NCBI GenBank assembly: GCA_045605745.1
Contig: JAZUQN010000158.1
Span: forward strand, 1 to 47,361
Origin: Eubacteriales bacterium
GTDB lineage: Bacteria; Bacillota; Clostridia; Oscillospirales; CAG-272
Direction: 5' to 3'
Length of the DNA stretch: 47,361 nt
The notes beneath the pieces are model-generated. The model was not told the DNA's origin and made no database searches. It worked only from the letters and a program-made list of their open reading frames with translations. Of the stretch, positions 43,770 through 47,361 are shown piece by piece (position 1 is the first letter of the stretch; each line of letters opens with the position of its first letter). The position numbers were made by a program, and so were the translations under genes.

Positions 43770-44999
43770 GTGAAAGTGGGTGATATTTTGACATTGCCAA
43801 AGGATGTTCAACTTGCCTTAGATCTCCTCTCATTGAATAAATTTGAAGCCTATATCGTCGGTGGCTGCCTTAGAAACACCCTTATGGGAAAGCTCCCAAA
43901 CGATTGGGATATGACCACCTCTGCATTGCCCAGCGAAACAGCAGACATCTTTGCCGCTCAAGGCTATCATGTTATAGAAACCGGTCTTAAGCACGGAACA
44001 GTTACCGTTATTATAAATAATCTCCCCCTTGAAATAACAACCTTTAGAATAGACGGCCAATATTCCGATTCTCGCCATCCGGATTCCGTTTCCTTTACAA
44101 GAAGTCTCAGCGAAGATCTTGCAAGAAGGGATTTTACAGTCAACGCCATGGCATATAATCCGATCACTGGAATCGTAGATCTCTTTGGTGGAATGGATGA
44201 TCTTGAAAAGAAAACCTTGCGAGCTGTTGGAAACGCAGAAAAAAGATTTACTGAGGATGCTCTCAGAATACTGCGCGCATTTAGGTTTTCATCAGAGCAC
44301 GGATTTTGTATTGAAACGGATACACTGGTAGCAGCAAAAAACTGCCGTCAAGGTCTGCTTGCAATTTCAAGAGAGAGGATATATTCCGAGCTTTATCGCA
44401 CACTTATGGGAGATTTTGCCGCAAATGCTATGAAAGAGATCATATCCGCAGGTATTCTTGAATGTATTTTTAAAGACTATTCCGAAAAGCTTAGCCCAAG
44501 ATACGAAATTCTTGAGCATCTGCCAAAAAAATCATCTGTCCGTTTTGCTTGCCTATTTGAAAAATTCCCATCTGAAGCCGCACTTGTTGCCATCAATTCT
44601 CTTAAAATGAGCAATGCCGAGAAAATCGGTATCAAGCAAACGCTCTCCGCCTTGAAATATTTTGAGACAAATCACATTAAAAACGCTATAGAGGCACGTC
44701 AATATCTGCAAAAATACGGCGAGCACGCCTTGGATGCACTTGATATTGCAAATGCAAAAAACGAAAATGCAAAAGAAACTATAAATCTTCTCAAAGTTGC
44801 CGAGGGTGAAAATTTTCCCAGAAATATCTCACAGCTCTGCATCACAGGTAGCGATATAATCAAATTAGGGTCTGAAGGAAGGATGACAGGAGAAATACTA
44901 ACCTTTTTGCTTGCCGAAGCTACGATAAATCCGGAGCTTAACAAAAAGGAAACACTGATATCCCTTGCAAAAAAATATATTTTGGAGAATAAAAAATGA
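43770..44999 (+). CDS. cca: CCA-adding tRNA nucleotidyltransferase
   Basis: GGCLRNTLMG..NDWDMTT (Pol-beta NT motif) and RRDFTVNAMAY. The start (GTG at 43770) is uncertain. Confidence 0.8.
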   Translation: MKVGDILTLPKDVQLALDLLSLNKFEAYIVGGCLRNTLMGKLPNDWDMTTSALPSETADIFAAQGYHVIETGLKHGTVTVIINNLPLEITTFRIDGQYSDSRHPDSVSFTRSLSEDLARRDFTVNAMAYNPITGIVDLFGGMDDLEKKTLRAVGNAEKRFTEDALRILRAFRFSSEHGFCIETDTLVAAKNCRQGLLAISRERIYSELYRTLMGDFAANAMKEIISAGILECIFKDYSEKLSPRYEILEHLPKKSSVRFACLFEKFPSEAALVAINSLKMSNAEKIGIKQTLSALKYFETNHIKNAIEARQYLQKYGEHALDALDIANAKNENAKETINLLKVAEGENFPRNISQLCITGSDIIKLGSEGRMTGEILTFLLAEATINPELNKKETLISLAKKYILENKK

Positions 45000-45454
45000 G
45001 TATAACAACCATAGATGAGATAAAAAATACAAACGGACGCATAATCGGCATTGACTTTGGCGAGGTGAGAACAGGAGTTGCAATTTCGGATGCAAGCCGT
45101 TTTTTGGCTTCGGGAATAGGCTATGTCAAGGTTGGCGGCATAGGTAAAACAGCAGAAAAAATTGCAGAAATTGCTAAGGAGAAAGGTGCAAGTGCAATTG
45201 TTGTGGGCTGTCCTATCAATATGAACGGCAGTGAAGGACCAAGAGCTGAGCGATGCAGAGATTTTGCCGAAAGAGTCTCAGAGCTTACCTCTCTTCCCTG
45301 CGCAATGATCGACGAGCGCATGACCACAATGGCGGCATCACGCTTTCTTAACGAAACGAACACCAGAGGTGCCAAGCGAAAAACCGTTATCGATACACTT
45401 TCGGCTCAAATTATACTTCAAAATTTTCTTGACAGACTAAAAAATATGTCATAA
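44996..45454 (+). CDS. ruvX: Holliday junction resolvase-like RuvX/YqgF
   Basis: IIGIDFGEVRTGVAISD, IVVGCPINMNGSEGP and DERMTT motifs. ATGA overlap with cca. Confidence 0.85.
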   Translation: MSITTIDEIKNTNGRIIGIDFGEVRTGVAISDASRFLASGIGYVKVGGIGKTAEKIAEIAKEKGASAIVVGCPINMNGSEGPRAERCRDFAERVSELTSLPCAMIDERMTTMAASRFLNETNTRGAKRKTVIDTLSAQIILQNFLDRLKNMS

Positions 45455-45479
45455 TCTGTTTTTCGACAAATTTTGTGAA

Positions 45480-45534
45480 TTTACATAGATTTTACAAAAC
45501 CTTGATTTTATATTTTACCTTGATTTGGTATGAT
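45480..45534 (+). promoter_or_regulatory. Pho-box-like phased repeats plus -10 element upstream of the Na/Pi cotransporter
   Basis: TTTACA (45480), TTTACA (45491), TTGATT (45502) and TTTACC (45514) at 11-12-bp phasing occupy the -35 region. TGgTATGAT extended -10 at 45526-45534. Confidence 0.5.
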
Positions 45535-45569
45535 ATACCCGACAAATTTATTGTAAAGGAACAAAATGT

Positions 45570-47318
45570 ATGACAATTTTTGACGCATTATCTCTCATAG
45601 GAGGCCTTAGCCTTTTCCTCTTTGGTATGACTATAATGGGACAGGCACTTGAGCGACGCGCAGGTGCAAAGCTTAGTGCTATCCTTGGAAAGCTTACATC
45701 CGGAAAGCTTGCAGGTTTTCTGACAGGACTTGGCGTTACCGCTGTTATCCAAAGCTCATCTGCAACAACCGTAATGGTGGTGGGCTTTGTTAACTCGGGC
45801 CTTATGTCTCTAAAGCAAGCGATAAATGTAATAATGGGCGCAAATGTAGGTACAACCGTTACCGCTTGGATTCTCAGCCTTGGCGGAATTTCAGGAGATA
45901 ACCTATTTATAACACTTCTAAAGCCAACCTCTTTTACGCCTATTCTTGCACTTATCGGTATAGTATTCTTCATGTTCTGCAAGAGCAGTAAAAAGAAGGA
46001 TGTTGGAATGATCTTGTTGGGCTTTGCAACCCTTATGTTCGGCATGGATACAATGTCTGCAGCGGTTAGCGGCCTTAAGGATGTACCCGCCTTCACAAGC
46101 TTCTTCACCATGTTTACAAATCCTGTGCTCGGTATGATTGCAGGTGCCTTGCTCACAGCAATTATTCAGTCAAGCTCTGCATCTGTGGGTATTCTTCAGG
46201 CTCTTGCACTTTCGGGTCTTGTGCCATACGGCGCCGCAATTCCGATCATTATGGGTCAGAATATCGGTACCTGTGTAACAGCAATGCTTTCTTCTATAGG
46301 AGCAAATAAAAATGCTAAGCGTGCGGCTGTGGTTCATCTTTCCTTCAATGTTATCGGAACTGTTGTGTGGCTCGCTGTTTTTGGAATAATTCAAGCAATC
46401 GTCAATCCCACAATTCTCAGTGAAAATGCAACTGCTGCCGGCATTGCAGTCTGCCACTCTATATTTAATATTCTTTGCACTATCCTGCTCTTGCCGTTAT
46501 CCTCGCTTCTTGAAAAGCTGGCAAACAAAATCGTGCCGGACTCCAAAAATAAGCCCGAGGAAAAGCAAGCTATACTTGACGAGCGTCTTCTCACCACACC
46601 GGCAGTTGCGCTTGAGCGTTGCCGAGTACTGACTGCGCAGATGGCAGAGGTTGCTACCAAGGCTTTAAAGGATTCACTCACTGCACTTACAGATTACACC
46701 CCCGCACTTGCCGAAAAGGTTAGAGAAGCTGAGGACGAGAGTGATAATTATGAGGATGTTCTCGGAACCTATCTTGTTAAGCTCAGCAGCTTGCAGATTG
46801 GAGACACCGACAGTGCCGAGGCGGCAAAGCTGCTTAGAGTTATAGGGGATTTTGAAAGAATTTCGGACCATAGCGTAAATGTTGTTGAATCTGCCGAGGA
46901 GCTGATGGAAAAAGATTTTGCATTTTCGGATGACGCAAAGAAGGAGCTGAAGATTCTTTCGGATGCGGTAAATGAAATTCTTGATCTCTCCCTTAAATCC
47001 TTTGTCGATAACGATATGGAGGCGGCAGCAAAGGTTGAACCGCTTGAGCAGGTCATAGATAATCTTAAAGAAAAGCTTCGCTTAAATCACATTCGCAGAA
47101 TGCAGATGGGCGATTGCACAATAGAGGCAGGCTTTGTTTGGTCAGATCTTTTGACTAATCTTGAAAGAACATCAGACCACTGCTCAAATATTGCAGGTTG
47201 CGTGGTTGACACCCTCCACGGAAATCTTGATCTTCATGAATCCCTGCGTGAATTTCGCAGAGACAGCGAGGAATATGACCGAGAATATAAGGCATACAGC
47301 AAAAAATACTCTGTTTGA
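45570..47318 (+). CDS. Na/Pi cotransporter family protein with C-terminal PhoU-like domain
   Basis: Duplicated TAVIQSSSATTVM and TAIIQSSSASVGIL Na/Pi-II motifs. The helical C-terminal half has GDFERISDH and LERTSDHCSNI PhoU-type repeats. Confidence 0.85.
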   Translation: MTIFDALSLIGGLSLFLFGMTIMGQALERRAGAKLSAILGKLTSGKLAGFLTGLGVTAVIQSSSATTVMVVGFVNSGLMSLKQAINVIMGANVGTTVTAWILSLGGISGDNLFITLLKPTSFTPILALIGIVFFMFCKSSKKKDVGMILLGFATLMFGMDTMSAAVSGLKDVPAFTSFFTMFTNPVLGMIAGALLTAIIQSSSASVGILQALALSGLVPYGAAIPIIMGQNIGTCVTAMLSSIGANKNAKRAAVVHLSFNVIGTVVWLAVFGIIQAIVNPTILSENATAAGIAVCHSIFNILCTILLLPLSSLLEKLANKIVPDSKNKPEEKQAILDERLLTTPAVALERCRVLTAQMAEVATKALKDSLTALTDYTPALAEKVREAEDESDNYEDVLGTYLVKLSSLQIGDTDSAEAAKLLRVIGDFERISDHSVNVVESAEELMEKDFAFSDDAKKELKILSDAVNEILDLSLKSFVDNDMEAAAKVEPLEQVIDNLKEKLRLNHIRRMQMGDCTIEAGFVWSDLLTNLERTSDHCSNIAGCVVDTLHGNLDLHESLREFRRDSEEYDREYKAYSKKYSV

Positions 47319-47361
47319 TCATAGAAACTATAAAGGTGGGTTCACCCCACGTTAATCGGGC

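Noticed and set aside
1-47361. A search by eye for CRISPR arrays, tRNA/rRNA genes, transposases and integrases.
   Set aside because: I found no regularly spaced direct repeats with unique spacers, no cloverleaf-like conserved tRNA segments in the intergenic regions, and no ORF with transposase or recombinase motifs.
47319-47361. GTGGG-ttca-CCCAC hairpin after the Na/Pi cotransporter gene, as a possible terminator.
   Set aside because: It has only a 5-bp stem and no U-tract within the window. The sequence is truncated at the window edge, so the evidence is insufficient.

Overview
This 47.4-kb window looks like a chromosomal segment of a moderate-GC Firmicute, probably Clostridia. The taxonomic call is an inference from AGGAG ribosome-binding sites, a T-box leader, PhoP-type direct repeats and a type III glutamine synthetase. 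I call 33 protein-coding genes. I found no rRNA, tRNA, CRISPR array, transposase or integrase. From left to right: (1) 1-7.1 kb holds housekeeping and accessory genes: NUDIX hydrolase, MATE exporter, P-type Ca2+-ATPase, Sel1-repeat protein, MIF-like tautomerase and a class I biotin ligase. (2) 7.1-19.8 kb is a cell-envelope island. It holds two CotH-family lipoproteins, a GldA/F/G-like ABC system with a DUF4340-like partner, and a Dlt-like O-acylation operon (MBOAT, DltD-like/NodB fusion, carrier protein, FkbH-like HAD-IIIC loader) that has no DltA. (3) 20.0-35.1 kb is the most interesting part: an eight-gene minus-strand cluster. It encodes a secreted vWA/MIDAS type-I membrane protein and a 1190-aa protein with FtsZ/tubulin T1/T2/T4 nucleotide-binding motifs. 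It also encodes a CvpA-family membrane protein, a zinc-ribbon GTPase with G1/G3/G4 motifs, a tail-anchored 838-aa protein with an acidic tail, a polytopic membrane protein and two further unknown proteins. I regard this as a candidate undescribed tubulin-like/GTPase membrane system. (4) 35.2-47.3 kb holds a Trp-specific T-box controlling an orphan trpB, glnN, two envelope proteins, a PhoP/PhoR-like two-component pair, cca, ruvX, and a Na/Pi cotransporter preceded by 11-bp-phased TTTACA repeats (Pho-box-like). A REP/MITE-like intergenic repeat occurs four times. All functional calls rest on motifs read by eye, and no database search was run.
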